64,000 nucleotides of DNA from the human T2T-CHM13v2.0 reference genome, Homo sapiens, in NCBI RefSeq assembly GCF_009914755.1, contig NC_060943.1. One strand, written 5' to 3'. Shown here in pieces: positions 16,591 to 32,400 of the stretch. Every line of letters starts with the position of its first letter. Positions within the stretch are counted from its first letter, which is position 1. Made by a program: the position numbers and the translations under genes. The notes beneath the pieces were generated by a model, which had not been told where the DNA came from, did no database searches, and saw only the letters and a program-made list of their open reading frames with translations.

Positions 16591-17199
16591 GGCCTGGGCT
16601 CAATCCTCCTGCTTCGTCCTCCCAAAGTGCTGGGATTACACGCATGATCCCCTGTGCCCTGCCAATATTTGGTAATTATAACTGGTGGTCAGCTTACAAT
16701 GTGGCTATTTCCAGACCATAAGTACCAACTCTATAGGTGCCTTGTGAGTGAGTGCCTTGCTACTTCAAGCAGTTACTTTCGTGTGTTATTAAACCAGAGG
16801 CCTGCTAAGCCTCTGTGCCTAGTAAAGATTACAATTTGGAATGTCAGCCCCCAGCTGTCCTGTGTGATTGGCAGGTTAGGTCCTTGTTGAACCAGAAGCA
16901 ACTGGCCAGTCGTACAGATGCAACTTTCGGACCAGTAGAAAATTTCTATGTCAACCTGGAGACATAGGGATTGTACCTTTCTGATACCCTATTAGTAAAT
17001 AAATAGTATTTATTTATAAATTATGTATAATAGTATTTATCTGAATATATCCCAAGCAGCCCAAGTGTGTTCCAGACATAACATTTTTATTTACATTTAA
17101 ATATCACTAAGATTAGAGATACACATCTAACTCAGGTTTTCAACTAGTCTTACCATTGAAAGAACTATTGTGGCAAGACGCAGTGGCGCACGCCTATTA

Positions 17200-17500
<301 letters not shown>

Positions 17501-18671
17501 TTAGCCAAAATGCTGCAGTTGTGTATGGCCAGGGACGTTGAGGCTGCAGTGAGCCGACGGCTGTGCTGCCTCTCTGCAGTCTGGGGGACAGAGCAAGAAC
17601 CTGTCTCAAAAAAACAAAAAGTTAGTGAGACAGACATGCCGTTCTGTTACTTTTCCCCTTGCTGGTTCAAAGCTAGGTAGTTGCCAATTAAATGTAATCT
17701 TGTAGAGCAAAAATGTTTTTCATTTTTTGAGACAGGATCTCACTCTATTGCCCAGCCTGGAGTGCAGTTGTGGGAACTCACAGCAACCTCCACCTCCTGG
17801 GTTTAGGCAGTTCTTCTGCATCAGTCTCCCGAGTAGCTGAGACTACACCTGTGCCCAGAGGGCAGTGGCCAGATCTTGGCTCTCTGCAACCTCTGCCTTC
17901 CAGATTCAAGTGAGCCACCTCCGCCTCCTGAGTAGCTGGGACTATAAGTACGTACCACCATACCCAGTTAATTTTTGCATTTTTTGTAGATAAGGGGTCT
18001 AAGTATGTTTCCCAGGCTGGTTTCGAAGTCCTGTGCTCAAGCAATCCTTCTGCCTTGGCTTCCCAAACTGCTAGGATTACAGGTGAGCCACCACACCGGG
18101 CCTGTCCACGTAATTTAAAAGGTGCTGGACGTGTGCGGTGGCTCACATCTGTAATCCCAGCACTTTGGGAGGCTGAGGTGGGCGGATCATGAGGTCGGGA
18201 GTTCGAGACCAGCCTGGCCAATATGGTGAAACCCTGTCTCTACTAAAAATACAAAAATTAGCCAGGTGTGGTGGCAGGCGCCTGTAATCCCAGTTTCTCA
18301 GGAGGCTGAGGCAGGAGAATTGCTTGAACCCAGGAGGCGGAGGCTGCAGTGAGCTGATGATCGCGCCATGGCACTCCAGCCTGGGCAACAGAGCAAGACT
18401 AAGAAAAAAAAAAGAGAAAAAGAAAAAGAAAACAAAGTAATTTAAAAGGTGTTATTCAGGCTGGGGATCCCCAAAGTGCTGGGATTACAGGCATGAGCCC
18501 CAGGGCAGGCCTAGGATTTGCATTACAAGGCTCTGCATTGTTCCTGAGAACTGGAGAGAATGCTCAATCTACCTTTCGCTATTGAGCAACATTCAGAAGT
18601 CAGTTTTAAATCTCTTATCTTCTGCATAGAGGATGTGCCTGCAGTTTCCAGGTACTGGACAATACAGGGAG

Positions 18672-18769
18672 GGTACTTCTCAGTCTGTGGCACTCAGCCT
18701 TGAGGGCACTTTCTGGTGCCAGAATGAAAGTGCTGTCATAGCTGAGGTCCAATGACTGAGGCGAGCACC
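18672..18769 (+). ncRNA. MIR512-2: pre-miRNA hsa-mir-512-2
   Basis: Identical hairpin in the second copy of a tandem duplication. Confidence 0.97.
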
Positions 18770-19169
18770 GAAAAAACACCATGGGGGGGAGGGGGGGCGG
18801 GGGGCTCCAGGAGCCACTGCAGGTAAAAGCTAAACCGTGGTGCTTGTTCTGCGCCATAAACTGGACTTCAGCCCAGCTTTAAGGAAATGACCAGGGTCTC
18901 TGGGTTGTGAGGCTGGGTTCCGTAGCAGCTATAATGCTTGGATTCAGGGATAGCCTGGGTCACACCATTGCCAGAGAAGAGGCAACCAATCCAGACCCCA
19001 AAAGCGGGTTCTTGGATCTCTTGCTGGAAAGAATTTCGAGGCAAGTCACAACACAATGAAAGAAGCAAGCTGAGGCCGGGCGCGGTGGCTCACGCCTGTA
19101 ATCCCAGCACTTTGGGAGGCTGAGGTGGATGGATCACCTGAGATCACTATTTTTCTTTTTATTTTCTGA

Positions 19170-19328
<159 letters not shown>

Positions 19329-19470
19329 TAGTAGAGACGGGGTTTCTCCATGTTGGTCAGGCTGGTCTCCAACTCCCAACCTCAGGTGATCCGCCCGTCT
19401 CGGCCTCACAAAGTGCTAGGATTACAGGCGTGAGCCACCGCACCCAGCCTGTTTTCTGCATTTTTAGTAG

Positions 19471-19881
<411 letters not shown>

Positions 19882-20517
19882 TAAGATTTTTTGACACATG
19901 GAGGATCACTTGCTGGATGTGCACTGAGAAGTAATGTGCCCATTTCCCAGCCACACTCTCCCAAAGGCTTTTACAGGCGCTGTCCCCGTGAGGTGGTAGA
20001 ACAGAATGTCAGAATTCAACACATTCCAACACTGTCTTCTGTTGAGCTGTAGGAGGACTGCCTGTGGAGGGACATGGGTTCTATGCTACCTTGCAGGTTT
20101 TCCCTGGGGCTTGTGATCACTGTCTCCTTGGTGACATGCAATCTGGGAGTGCTTTCTGGAGTCTGATAAGAACATACTGGCACATTGCCTGTGACGTGTG
20201 GGACCCGGGCATTTTCAGTGCTGAGGTGAGTCCTTGATTGTAACTGATGGGGACTGGTATCTTAACTCCAGGTTACTGAAGACTAGGAATTTCTTGCCTT
20301 ACAGTAAAATTGCAAAGAAGAGTAGCATAAGAGGTAGATCAGAAGACTGCAGAATAGATTAACAAATGAATGCCCAAATGAGGATGCTAAACTTGGATTT
20401 GCATCAAGAAGACAGATATTGGTCGGGCGTGGTGGCTCACGCCTGTAATCCCAGCACTTTGGGAGGCTGAGGCGGGTGGATCATCCTGGCTAACACGGTG
20501 AAACCCCGTCTCTACTA

Positions 20518-20730
<213 letters not shown>

Positions 20731-20844
20731 CTATCATGGCATTGAAGCATCAGTTTGCTGCCAATCACTCCTTCTTCTGTGTTCATAGACAGGACTGTGG
20801 AAATGTACACTTGGATTCTTTCACAGGTAATGCTGAGAAATTTA

Positions 20845-21138
<294 letters not shown>

Positions 21139-21480
21139 TCAAAAAAAAAAAAAATTTGAAATTAAAGTGTATGATTAGAGTGCATGATTGGTTCTGACTG
21201 GATGTGTAACATGTGCATAGCCTTCTCATAAATCAAAGGTTTTTATGTGAAACCTACCACTAGTGATGTAACTGAATTTGTGTAAATGCTGGTGTATCTG
21301 CCTTTTCCTAGCAACTCCCTGGGCAGCCTGAGGATTCTTTGAGGTTATTTTTTTTCAAGATCTGGCTGGGAGCTTCTGCATGAGTGCTGTGTGAACGTCC
21401 TCCATCTGCAGTGTGAGGACAGCGAACCCTAGTGTGAGTTAACCACGTAGGAAGAGTTTGAAGTCAGACATGACATTCAG

Positions 21481-21553
21481 ACTGAGGTCCTCAAAACTGA
21501 GGGGCATTTTCTGTGGTTTGAAAGGAAAGTGCACCCAGTTTTGGGGATGTCAA
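21481..21553 (+). ncRNA. MIR1323: pre-miRNA hsa-mir-1323
   Basis: 5p TCAAAACTGAGGGGCATTTTCT pairs with AAAGTGCACCCAGTTTTGGGGA. Confidence 0.95.
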
Positions 21554-22467
21554 TTGTGAATCCTCATCATAACCCATCCCCAGTCCCCCATCGCATTGCA
21601 CCACATGGATGCACCCAGTGGACTGGCCTTTGCTTTTCTATTGTTTCTTTTTCTCTCCACTGCAATCAGCTTTCTCACGTTGAATGCATTCCATTTTCTA
21701 AGCGCTCTCCTAGGCAAAAATCCCTCTAATGCAAAGCAAAAATGTCTGTTATGCAACATTGTTCTGAGACCCCAGGAATTGCAGTTAACTTGGCTCCTTA
21801 GTATGTGCTTCCTAAGGCGGGTGGGGTGGCTCGCGCCTGTAGTCCCAGCACTTTGGGAGGCAGGCGAGGCACTTGAAACCCTGTCTCTACTAAAAATACA
21901 AAAATTAGCTGGACATGGTGGCATGTGCCTGTAATCCCAGCTACTTGGGAGGTGCAGACAGGAGCATCGCTTGAACCCAGGAGGCAGAGGTTGCAGTGAG
22001 CCAAGATAATGGCACTGTACTGCAACCTGGGTGACAGAGCGAGACTCAAAAAAAAAAAAAAGTGCTTCCTGTGAAGGTTTCCTTTCCCTTCTGCCCCCCA
22101 TACCAGTCCATCTATTTAGTAGATGTCCTGGTTTCTACCCAGGATATCATGGACCAGGGGTTCTGTCTTCCAGCCTTGAGTACAATGGTGCGACTATAGC
22201 TCACTGCAGTCTCAACCTCCTGGGCTCAAGTGATCATCCTGCCTCAGCCTCCAAGTAGCTGGTATTACAGATGCACGTGCCCCCATTCCCAGAGGTTCTT
22301 AAATTTATGACAAAAACCCAGAAGCTTGGCTGAAGCAGCTTGTTGGGGCCCACCCACAGATTTTGTTTGGTGCCATAGACCTGGGTTGGGATCTGGGGAG
22401 CCATTTTTCTTAGTCTCAATGTAAATGTCTAAGCATTTTCTTTTTTTCTTTCTTTTTTTTTTTTTGA

Positions 22468-22811
<344 letters not shown>

Positions 22812-23709
22812 TAGTAGAGACGGGGTTTCACTGTGTTAGCCAGGGTGGTCTCGGTCTCCTGATCTCGTGATCTGCCTGCCTCGGCCTCCCAAAGTGCTGG
22901 GATTACAGGCTTGAGTCACTGCCCCTGGCCAATTTTTTGTATTTTTAGTAGAAATGGAGTTTCACCATGTTTCCTGCCTATCTCTCTATGTATTTAGACA
23001 GGGTCTCACTATGTTGCCCAGGTTGGTCTCAAACTCCTGGACTCAAGCAATCCTCCTGCCTCCACCTTCCAAAGTGCTGGGACTACAGGCTTGAGCCATC
23101 CTGCCTGACCATTTGAGAGTTTTTTTTTTTTGAGATGGAGTCTCTCTCTGTCACCCATGCTGTAGTGCAGTAGTGTGATCTTGCCTCACTGCGACCTCTG
23201 CCTCCCGGGTTCAAGCAATTCTCCTGCCTCAGCATCCCCAGTAGCTGGGATTACAGGCGCCCGCCACTACACCCAGCTAATTTTTGTATTTTTAGTAGAG
23301 ACAGGGTTTCACCATGTTGGCCAGGCTGGTCTCGAACTCCTGACCTCAGGTGGTCTGCCCACCTCCGCCTCGCAAAGTGCTGGGATAAGAGGCGTGAGCC
23401 ACCGTGCCTGTCTTCAACAATGATTTCTAATTGCATTTTATGGTGGTGATTGAACATAATGTACTTTGGTCCTTCTCCATTGTATGCCTCGTGTATTATG
23501 TGTCTCATAACGTCTGTCCCGTCCTATGCTATGTGTGCATTTGAATGTTGGGGAGGGTTCAGTAGATGTCCATTGAGTTGGTTTGCAAACTTATTTGAAA
23601 CTTCTACTTACTTCTGCCTAATTCTGCTTATTATTGAGAGTGGACTGCTCTGGGATGCCTTTTGTTTGCACTCTGATTTCAGATGGACCCTGAGAATGCT
23701 CAAGCCCCA

Positions 23710-23833
23710 AACCCTCCTTGGGAAGTGAAGCTCAGGCTGTGATTTCAAGCCAGGGGGCGTTTTTCTATAACTGGATGAAAAGCACCTCCAGAGCTTGAAG
23801 CTCACAGTTTGAGAGCAATCGTCTAAGGAAGTT
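23710..23833 (+). ncRNA. MIR498: pre-miRNA hsa-mir-498
   Basis: 5p TTTCAAGCCAGGGGGCGTTTTTC, 3' arm AAAGCACCTCCAGAGCTTGAAG. Confidence 0.96.
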
Positions 23834-24300
23834 GATGGCAATGTTAATAGTTTTTTAAACAAGCATGAAATCAGATTCCTGTGTTTACTTCTGGATGCTG
23901 TTGATCCAGGAAATGTACTTAGAAAATTCATTTTAACGGAAATAGTCATAAGCGTCTTGGTAATTTCATGAAGCTACAGTGAGTAAATTGCCTGAGAATT
24001 TCCCTGCCTGAAAGGTCTTCAGGAGTGTAATTTTTTTTTAATATAGCTTATTTAATACAAATAGAGATGCGGTCTCACTCTTGCCTAGACTGGTGTGCAG
24101 TGTCATGTTCACAGCTCACTGCAGCCTCTCAACCTCCGGGGCTCAAGCATCCTCCTGCCTCAGCCTCCCAAAGTGCTGGAATTACAGGTGTCAGCCACCA
24201 CTCCCTACTCATACTTGTATATTTCTCTTTAAATTCTGTTGAGGTTTTATGGCCTAGCCTGTGGTCTATCCTGGAGAATATTTGTGTGCATGACAATGTG

Positions 24301-24337
<37 letters not shown>

Positions 24338-24604
24338 CTTTTTTTTGAGATGGAGTTTCACTCTTGTTGCCCTAGCTGGAGTACAGTGGCATGAATCTCA
24401 GCTCACTGCAACCTCCGCCTCCCGGGTTCAAGCGATTTTCCTGCCTCAGCCTCCCGAGTAGCCGGGATTACCCTCCACCACACCCGGCTAATTTTTGTAT
24501 TTTTAGTAGAGGTGGGGTTTCGCCATATTGACCAAGGTGGTCTTGAACTCCTGACCTCAGGAGTCCCGCCTCGGCCTCTCAAAGTGCTGAGATTACAGGC
24601 GTGA

Positions 24605-24823
<219 letters not shown>

Positions 24824-25223
24824 TAAACAGCTCAGATTCCATTTTGGATCCTCCCATCAGGACTGGAACTTAGGTGTACTGGAACTTAGGTGAACACTTG
24901 GCTCAAAATTCATTGCTGTTCTCTATAAATCTAGCCAGTTCTCTTGGTTAAATTTAAGGTATGTATAGTAGTCGCTGCTTTTTCTTTCGGGGGACAAAAC
25001 TCAGGAGGATTGCTTCTTGATTCATAAGGGCAACCTGTTGAGATTTTCACGCAAGGAACCCGAGATGTTCATTTAATGGGCTTATAATTTGGGATTCCAG
25101 AACACATGCAAACAGGGCAAATGAATGTTTGGCTGTATCTTTATTTTTGTGTTCATTTCAGCCTGGTCAAGGTTTTAGAATCCAAGGAAACCAATAAACA
25201 CCCAGAGTGCTGGAGCAAGACTG

Positions 25224-25310
25224 TCTCCTGCTGTGACCCTCAAGATGGAAGCAGTTTCTGTTGTCTGAAAGGAAAGAAAGTGCTTCCTTTTTGAGGGTTA
25301 CTGTTTGAGA
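25224..25310 (+). ncRNA. MIR520E: pre-miRNA hsa-mir-520e
   Basis: 3p AAAGTGCTTCCTTTTTGAGGG; first miR-515-family cassette. Confidence 0.94.
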
Positions 25311-25656
25311 AAAGCAACCTTGAGGTTGATGCTGATGTTTGTAACACACCTGCAGAGTATACTTATAATCAGACTTGGGTGATGTGAGGTTTTGTTTTTA
25401 CTCCAAGATGAGGGTCTCCACCCAGGCTGGAATGCAGTTGCCCTTCCAACCTAGAACTCCTGGGATGAACTGGTCCTCTATGCCTCAGCCTGCCGAGTAG
25501 CTGGGACTATAATATAGGGGTGTGCCGCCATATTTGGTAGATTTTTCAATTTTTTGTAGAGATGGGGCCTCACCCTGGCCAGGATGGTCTCAACTCCTGA
25601 GCTCAAGCAATCCTACAGGTGTGAGCCACCGTGCCCATTTTAAAGATAGTTGACAT

Positions 25657-25813
25657 GATCAAGCATAGTGGGACACACAGCCCCAGCTACTGCAGAGGCT
25701 GGGGTGGGAGAGTCTCTTGATTTCAATGCTATACCGTGCACTAATGACACCTTTGAATAGCCACTGCACTCCAGCCTGGGCCAACATAGCAAGATCCCAT
25801 CTCTTAAAAAAAA
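25657..25813 (+). mobile_element. FAM-like Alu monomer (paralogues at ~41197-41351, ~52993-53147, ~59351-59506)
   Basis: GAATAGCCACTGCACTCCAGCCTGGGCCAACATAGC signature of the FAM/7SL-derived monomer. Confidence 0.75.
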
Positions 25814-27144
25814 ATACATTACATGGCACCTGGTTCCAGAGACACCATTTGTGTTGGTCAAACAATGGCCTCCTATAAATTTAGTTTAATGAATCCAAAC
25901 CATGTTTCCTTCATTAAGAGAGTAAATAAGCCTCCAAGTCTATCCAGTCTTTTTGAGACAGAGCTTGGCTCTTGTCACTCAGGCTAGAGTGCAATGGTGC
26001 AATCTCAGCTCACTGCAACCTCTGCCTCCTGAGTTCAAGGAGTTCTCTCACCTCAGCCTCCCAAGTAGCTAGAATGACAGGCGCCTGCCACCATGACCAG
26101 CTAATTTTTGTGTTTTTACTAGAGATGGGGTTTCACCATGTCGGTCAGGCTGGTCTCGAACTCCTGACCTCCGTGATCCACCCACCTCAGCCTCCCAAAG
26201 TGCCGGGATTACAGACGAGAGCCACCACGCCCGGCCTGTCCAGTCTTGTTCTGCAGTCCCCAATGGGGATTTTTTTTTTCCTGTTCATTTGTCTTTTTAT
26301 TTTAATCTACTTGTCCCTGACACTGAAAATTTTTCCTTCCTAACAGCTTACCATCATTTCTCAGAATAGACCTGCTTCCTCTGTGAGAAGCTTATAGTTG
26401 ATTCAACCCTCAACCACTAATGCCAACAACCCTAGTGAGTTCTTTTGACTACAGCTGGACCATTTATCCTGTTTCCTGTGGGTAGCGGTTCCAATGTACC
26501 ATTCCAACAGGCAAAACCTCGCCTCTGAATACAGGTTGCTTGGCAAGATCTAAAATGTTTGCTGTGCCTAATATAAACTATTGTAAAGAAAATCCATCTC
26601 AATCACAGTGACAAATGTCACATGAGACAAAACCACAGATATTTTCGCAAAAATAGGGTCCTTTAGAACCCTAGAAGGGTCTCTCTAGTAACAGGTGGGA
26701 TGTTCAGCAGCTCTTGTTGTTGCCACAGTGAGCGATGCCTGTTCGTCCAGCCCTTAACACCTCTTACTCCATGGAAGTTCTGCCTGCACTGCTTTATAGA
26801 ACACCTCTTGGGTTGAGGTAGAGTTGGAGGGGACCTCAGTGTCCCTTGCTGATGGGATGTGCACTGCTTAGCAAGCGCACGGAGGTGGAGTGCATGGGCT
26901 CTGAGTTTTTATTGGGTAAATGCAGCCGAAATGTAGTGTGCATGAACAGGTCAAAAAATTGCACATTTGATTTAATTTTTAAATTTTAGAGATGGGGGTC
27001 TCACTGTGTCACCCAGACTAAACTGGGCTGTGCTCCTATGCGTACCCTAGTAGCTGGGACTTCAGGTGAATATTAACCCATGCATAGGCAAGGAGAGAGG
27101 AAGGCTCTGACAGTCTGTGATCTCCCCTCACTGCAACCTCCACC

Positions 27145-27660
27145 CTCTGGACTGGGAACGTCAGGGCACTGCACCGATGCAGGCAGGATGAGCCGAGGGG
27201 AAAGGAGAGCCAGGCATCACTGGCTGGGGACATTTTGGGTTTGATCTGGATGGAGCAGGTGTCTCCTGGAGAGAGAGCCCCTGGGATTTTCACTCTGCTC
27301 CCTGGCTGTCTTAGTCATGGAATCTGACAACAGAGACTCCTGCCCAGGGCCACTTCATTTGGTTTCTGGACCCCAGTGGTCCTTCCTGCCTGGACTTAGG
27401 ATCTTTTGGGGAAGTTTGGGATCTGGCAGGGCATCTGCATAATCCATAGAAATCCCTGAGAGTCACTTCCCTTGGCTGACATCTCCATGTTCCTACCCAT
27501 TACCTTCCAAAGGAGACCCTTAACTGAATTACCAAAGGGGGCTTCCCAGAGCAGGGAAACCCGGTTAACTTTCTATTTCAGGTCAACAGTATACTTGAGA
27601 TGTACTTGAACTAGAAATGATTGGTTGTTTAGGTGTGGGCATTTGTTTTTCCTAACTTAG
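27145..27660. repeat. ~0.5-kb non-Alu segment duplicated at ~32667-33185
   Basis: Shared GGGAACGTCAGGGCACTGCACCGATGCAGG...TACTTGAGATGTACTTGAA. Confidence 0.85.
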
Positions 27661-28515
27661 TCTCCAAGAAAAAAAATTATTGAGGTTTTACAGCCTAGCC
27701 TGTGGTCTATCCTGAAGAATGTTCGTGTGTGTGACAATGTACATTCTTTTTTTCCCCCCAGCTCTGTCAAATCTTACTGAGGAGCTTTTACGGCCTAGCC
27801 TGTGGTCTGTCCTGGAGGGTATTTGTGTGTACAACAATGTATATTCTTAAACATTATCTTAGATTCCATTTTGGATGTTCCCATCAGGACTGTGTGTTTC
27901 TGTGCTGGAACTCAAGTGAACACTGGCTCAACATCCTTAGAAATCCAGCCCAATTCTCTTGGTTAAAGATAAGGTATGTGTGGTAGGCATTGCTTTTTCT
28001 CTTTGGGGACAAAACTCAGGAGGATTGCCCCTTGATGAACAAGGCTAACCTGCTAAGCCTTTGAAGCAAGGAACTGGAGATGGTCCTTTCAGGGGTTTAT
28101 GTTCTGGATTCCATAAAACATGCAAACAGGGGCAATGAATGCACCTTTTTTATTTTTATTTTTATTTTTTTTTGAGATGGAGTCTTACTCTTGCCAGTCT
28201 GGAGTGCAGTGGCACGATCTCGGCTCACTGCAACTTCTGCCTCCTGGTTCAAGTAATTCCCCTGCCTCAGCCTCCCGAGTAGCTGGGACTACAGGTACAT
28301 GCCACCACAGGCGGCAAATGGTTGTATTTTTAGTAGAGACGGAGTTTCACCATGTTGGCCAGGATGGTCGTGGTCTCTTGACCAGCCTCCCAAAGTGTTG
28401 GGATTCCAGGCGTGAGCCACCGCGCCTGGCCAATGAATGCATCTTTATTTTTGTGTTCATTTTAATCTGGTAAGGTAAATTCCAACAAAAAACCCAGAGT
28501 TTTGGAGTGAGAAGA

Positions 28516-28598
28516 TCTCATGCAGTCATTCTCCAAAAGAAAGCACTTTCTGTTGTCTGAAAGCAGAGTGCCTTCTTTTGGAGCGTTACTGTTTGAGA
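28516..28598 (+). ncRNA. MIR515-1: pre-miRNA hsa-mir-515-1
   Basis: 5p TTCTCCAAAAGAAAGCACTTTCTG; 3p GAGTGCCTTCTTTTGGAGCGTT. Confidence 0.95.
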
Positions 28599-29452
28599 AA
28601 AACCACGTTGAAGTTGATGCTGATCTTGGTAACACATTTGCAGAGCGTGCTTATCATCAGACTTGCATGATGTTGGGGTTCTGTTTTTGTTTAGTTTTTT
28701 TGCAACACAGGGTCTCTTGCCCAGGCTGGAGTGCGGTGACACTTCCAACCTAGACCTCTTGGGCTCAGTTGGTCCCTGCCCCCACCCCCTCCCCCTTTTT
28801 TTTCTCTTGAGACAGTCTCTCTCTGTGGCCCAGGCTGGAGTGCAGTGGTATGTTCTCTGCTCACTGCAACCTCTGCCTCCCGAGTAGCTGGTATTACAGG
28901 CACATGCCACCACGCCTGGCTAATTTTTGTATTTTTAGCAGAGACGGAGTTTCATCATGATGGCCAGATTAGTCTTGAACTCCTGACCTTAGGTGATCCA
29001 CCTGCCTCGGCCTCGCAAAGTGCTGGGATTACAGGCATGAGCCACTGTGCCTGGCCCACAACGTATATTCTTAAATATCATCTTAGATTCCATTTTGGTT
29101 GCTCCCATCGGGACTGTGTGTCCCTGTGCTGGAACTCAAGTGAACACATGGCTCAAAATCCATTGCTGTTCTCTAGAAATCCAGCCCAATTCTCTTGGTT
29201 AAATATAAGGTATGTGTGGTAGGCTTTGCTTTTTCTCTTTGGAGACAATACTCAGGAGGGTTGCCCCTTCGTGAACAAGGCTAACCTGCTGAGCCTTTGA
29301 AGCAAGGAACTGGAGATGGTCCTTTTAGGGGTTTATGTTCTGGATTCCAGAAAACATGCAAACAGGGACAATGAATGCATCTTTATTTTTGTGTCCATTT
29401 TAACCTGGTAAGGAAAATTCCAACAAAAACCCAGAGTTTTGGAGCGAGAAGA

Positions 29453-29536
29453 TCTCATGCAGTCATTCTCCAAAAGGGAGCACTTTCTGTTTGAAAGAAA
29501 ACAAAGTGCCTCCTTTTAGAGTGTTACTGTTTGAGA
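29453..29536 (+). ncRNA. MIR519E: pre-miRNA hsa-mir-519e
   Basis: 5p TTCTCCAAAAGGGAGCACTTTC; 3p AAGTGCCTCCTTTTAGAGTGTT. Confidence 0.94.
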
Positions 29537-29933
29537 AAAACCACGTTGAAGTTGATGCTGATCTTGGTAACGCATTTGCAGAGCGTGCTTATCATCAGAC
29601 TTGCATGATGTTGGGGTTCTGTTTTTGTTTAGTTTTTTTGCAACACAGGGTTTCTGTTGCCCGGGCAGGAGTGCGGTGGCGCTTCCAACCTAGACCTCTT
29701 AGGCTAGTTGGTCCCCCCTACTTTTTTTGTTGTTTTTGTTCTTGAGACAGAGTCTCACTATGTGGGCCAGGCGGGCAGGCAGTGACACATTCTCTGCTCA
29801 CTGCAACCTCGGCCTCCCAAGTAGCTGGTATTATAGGCACGTGCCACCACGCCTGGCTAATTTTTGTATTTTTAGCAGAGATGGAGTTTCACCACATTGG
29901 CCAGGTTAGTCTTGAACTCCTGACCTCAGGTGA

Positions 29934-30380
<447 letters not shown>

Positions 30381-31270
30381 TGAGGAGTTATTTTTAATGT
30401 GAGCAAACAGTATATTCTTTTTTTTTTTTTTCATAGACAGGGTCTCAACAATATATGATGTATATTTAATCATATAGTCTTATCATGTATATAATGTAGT
30501 CATATGTACACCAAACCCTGTTCTACACACGGAGAATACTCTTGTATCACTTTGGGTATTTATTTACTTGTTTCTTTCTGTGTTTTTCTTGTTTGTTTGT
30601 TTGTTTTGTTTTGAGACAAGGTCTAGCTTTATCACCCAGGCTGGAGTGCAGTGGTGCCATGTCGACTTACTGCAACCTCCACCTGCCACCTCAGCCTCCT
30701 GAGTACTTGTCTACAGGTGCGCACCACCACACCCAGCTAACTTTTCTATTTTTTGTGCATAAGGTTTCACCATATTACCCATGCTGGTTGAGCTCGAACT
30801 CCTGAGCTCAAGTGATCCTCCTGCCTTGCCCTCTTTAAGTGCTGGGTTTATTGGTGTGAGCCACCACGCCCCACCCATACTTGTGTATTTCTGTATTTAT
30901 TGAGGAGCTTATACAGCATACCCTGTGGTCTATCCTGCAGGATGTTTGTGTGTGAGACAGTGTATATTCTTGAACATAGTAGATTCCATTTTGGATGCTC
31001 CCATCGGGACTGTGTGTCCCTGTGCTGGAACTCGAGTGAACACTTGGCTCAAAATCCATTGCTGTTCTCTAGAAATCCAGCTCAATTCTCATGGTTAAAT
31101 ATAAGGTATATGTGGTAGGCATTGCTTTTTCTCTTTGGGGACAGAACTCAGGAGGATTGCCCCTTGATGAACAAGGCTAACCTGCTGATTCTTTGAAGCA
31201 AAGGACTGGAGATGGTCCTTTTAGGGGTTTATGTTCTGGATTCCAGAAAACATGCAAACAGGGCCAATAA

Positions 31271-31444
<174 letters not shown>

Positions 31445-31671
31445 TAGGCTAATTTTTTGTATTTTTAGTAGAGGCGGGGTTTCACCCTGTTAGCCAGGAT
31501 GGTCTTGATCTCCTGACCTCGTGATCTGCCCGCCTCGGCCTCCCAAAGTGCTGGGATTACAGGCATGAGCCACTGCGCCCGGCCCCAATAAATGCATCTT
31601 TATTTTTGTGTCCATTTAAACCTGGTCAAGGAAGATTCCCACAAAAAATCCACGGTGCTGGAGCAAGAGGA

Positions 31672-31758
31672 TCTCAGGCTGTGACCCTCTAAAGGGAAGC
31701 GCTTTCTGTGGTCAGAAAGAAAAGCAAGTGCTTCCTTTTAGAGGGTTACCGTTTGGGA
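31672..31758 (+). ncRNA. MIR520F: pre-miRNA hsa-mir-520f
   Basis: 3p AAGTGCTTCCTTTTAGAGGGTT; position in cluster order. Confidence 0.93.
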
Positions 31759-32249
31759 AAAGCAATGTTGAAGTTGATGCTGATCTTGGTAAAATATTTG
31801 CAGAGCGTGCTTATCATCAGACTTGGATGATGGTGGGGTTTTGCTTTTGTTTTGTTGTATTCCAAGACAAGGTCCCTGTTGCCCAGGCTGGAGTGCGGTG
31901 ACACTTCAACCTACATTTCTTGGGCTCCGGTCGTTTTTGTTTGTTTGTTTGTTTGTTTGACAGGGAGTCTCACTGTGTGTCTCAGCAATGCAGTGGCACT
32001 ATCTTGGCTCACTGAAACCTCAGCCTCCTGAGTAGCTGGGATCACAGGTGCGTGCAACCACGCCCATCTAATTTTTGTATTTTTTGCATTTTCAGTAGAG
32101 ACGGGGTTTCACCGTGTTAGCCAGGATGGTCTCGATCTTCTAACCTCGTGATCCGCCCGCCTCGGCCTCCCAAAGTGCTGGGATTATAGGCGTGAGCCAC
32201 CGCGCCCGGCCGAGAAACTAATCTTTTGAGATGAACTCTGAGATGTGGA

Positions 32250-32400
32250 TTTTAGCTTGTTTGCAGCCACCACCACTCTAGTTTTGGAAGATTTTCATCA
32301 CCCCGAAGAGGCTTATACTCATTTGCAGTCAGTACCCACCCACCTCTTCCACCCAGACCGTGGCAACGACTCCCCATCTCTCTAGCTCTGGATCTGCCTC
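32250..32400 (-). mobile_element. Old L1M fragment
   Basis: TGCAGCCACCACCACTCTAGTTTTGGAAGATTTTCATCACCCC. Confidence 0.55.

Noticed and set aside
28030-29295. TGATGA...CTGA in each cassette resembling snoRNA C/D boxes
   Set aside because: Boxes are under 20 nt apart, with no terminal stem or guide region
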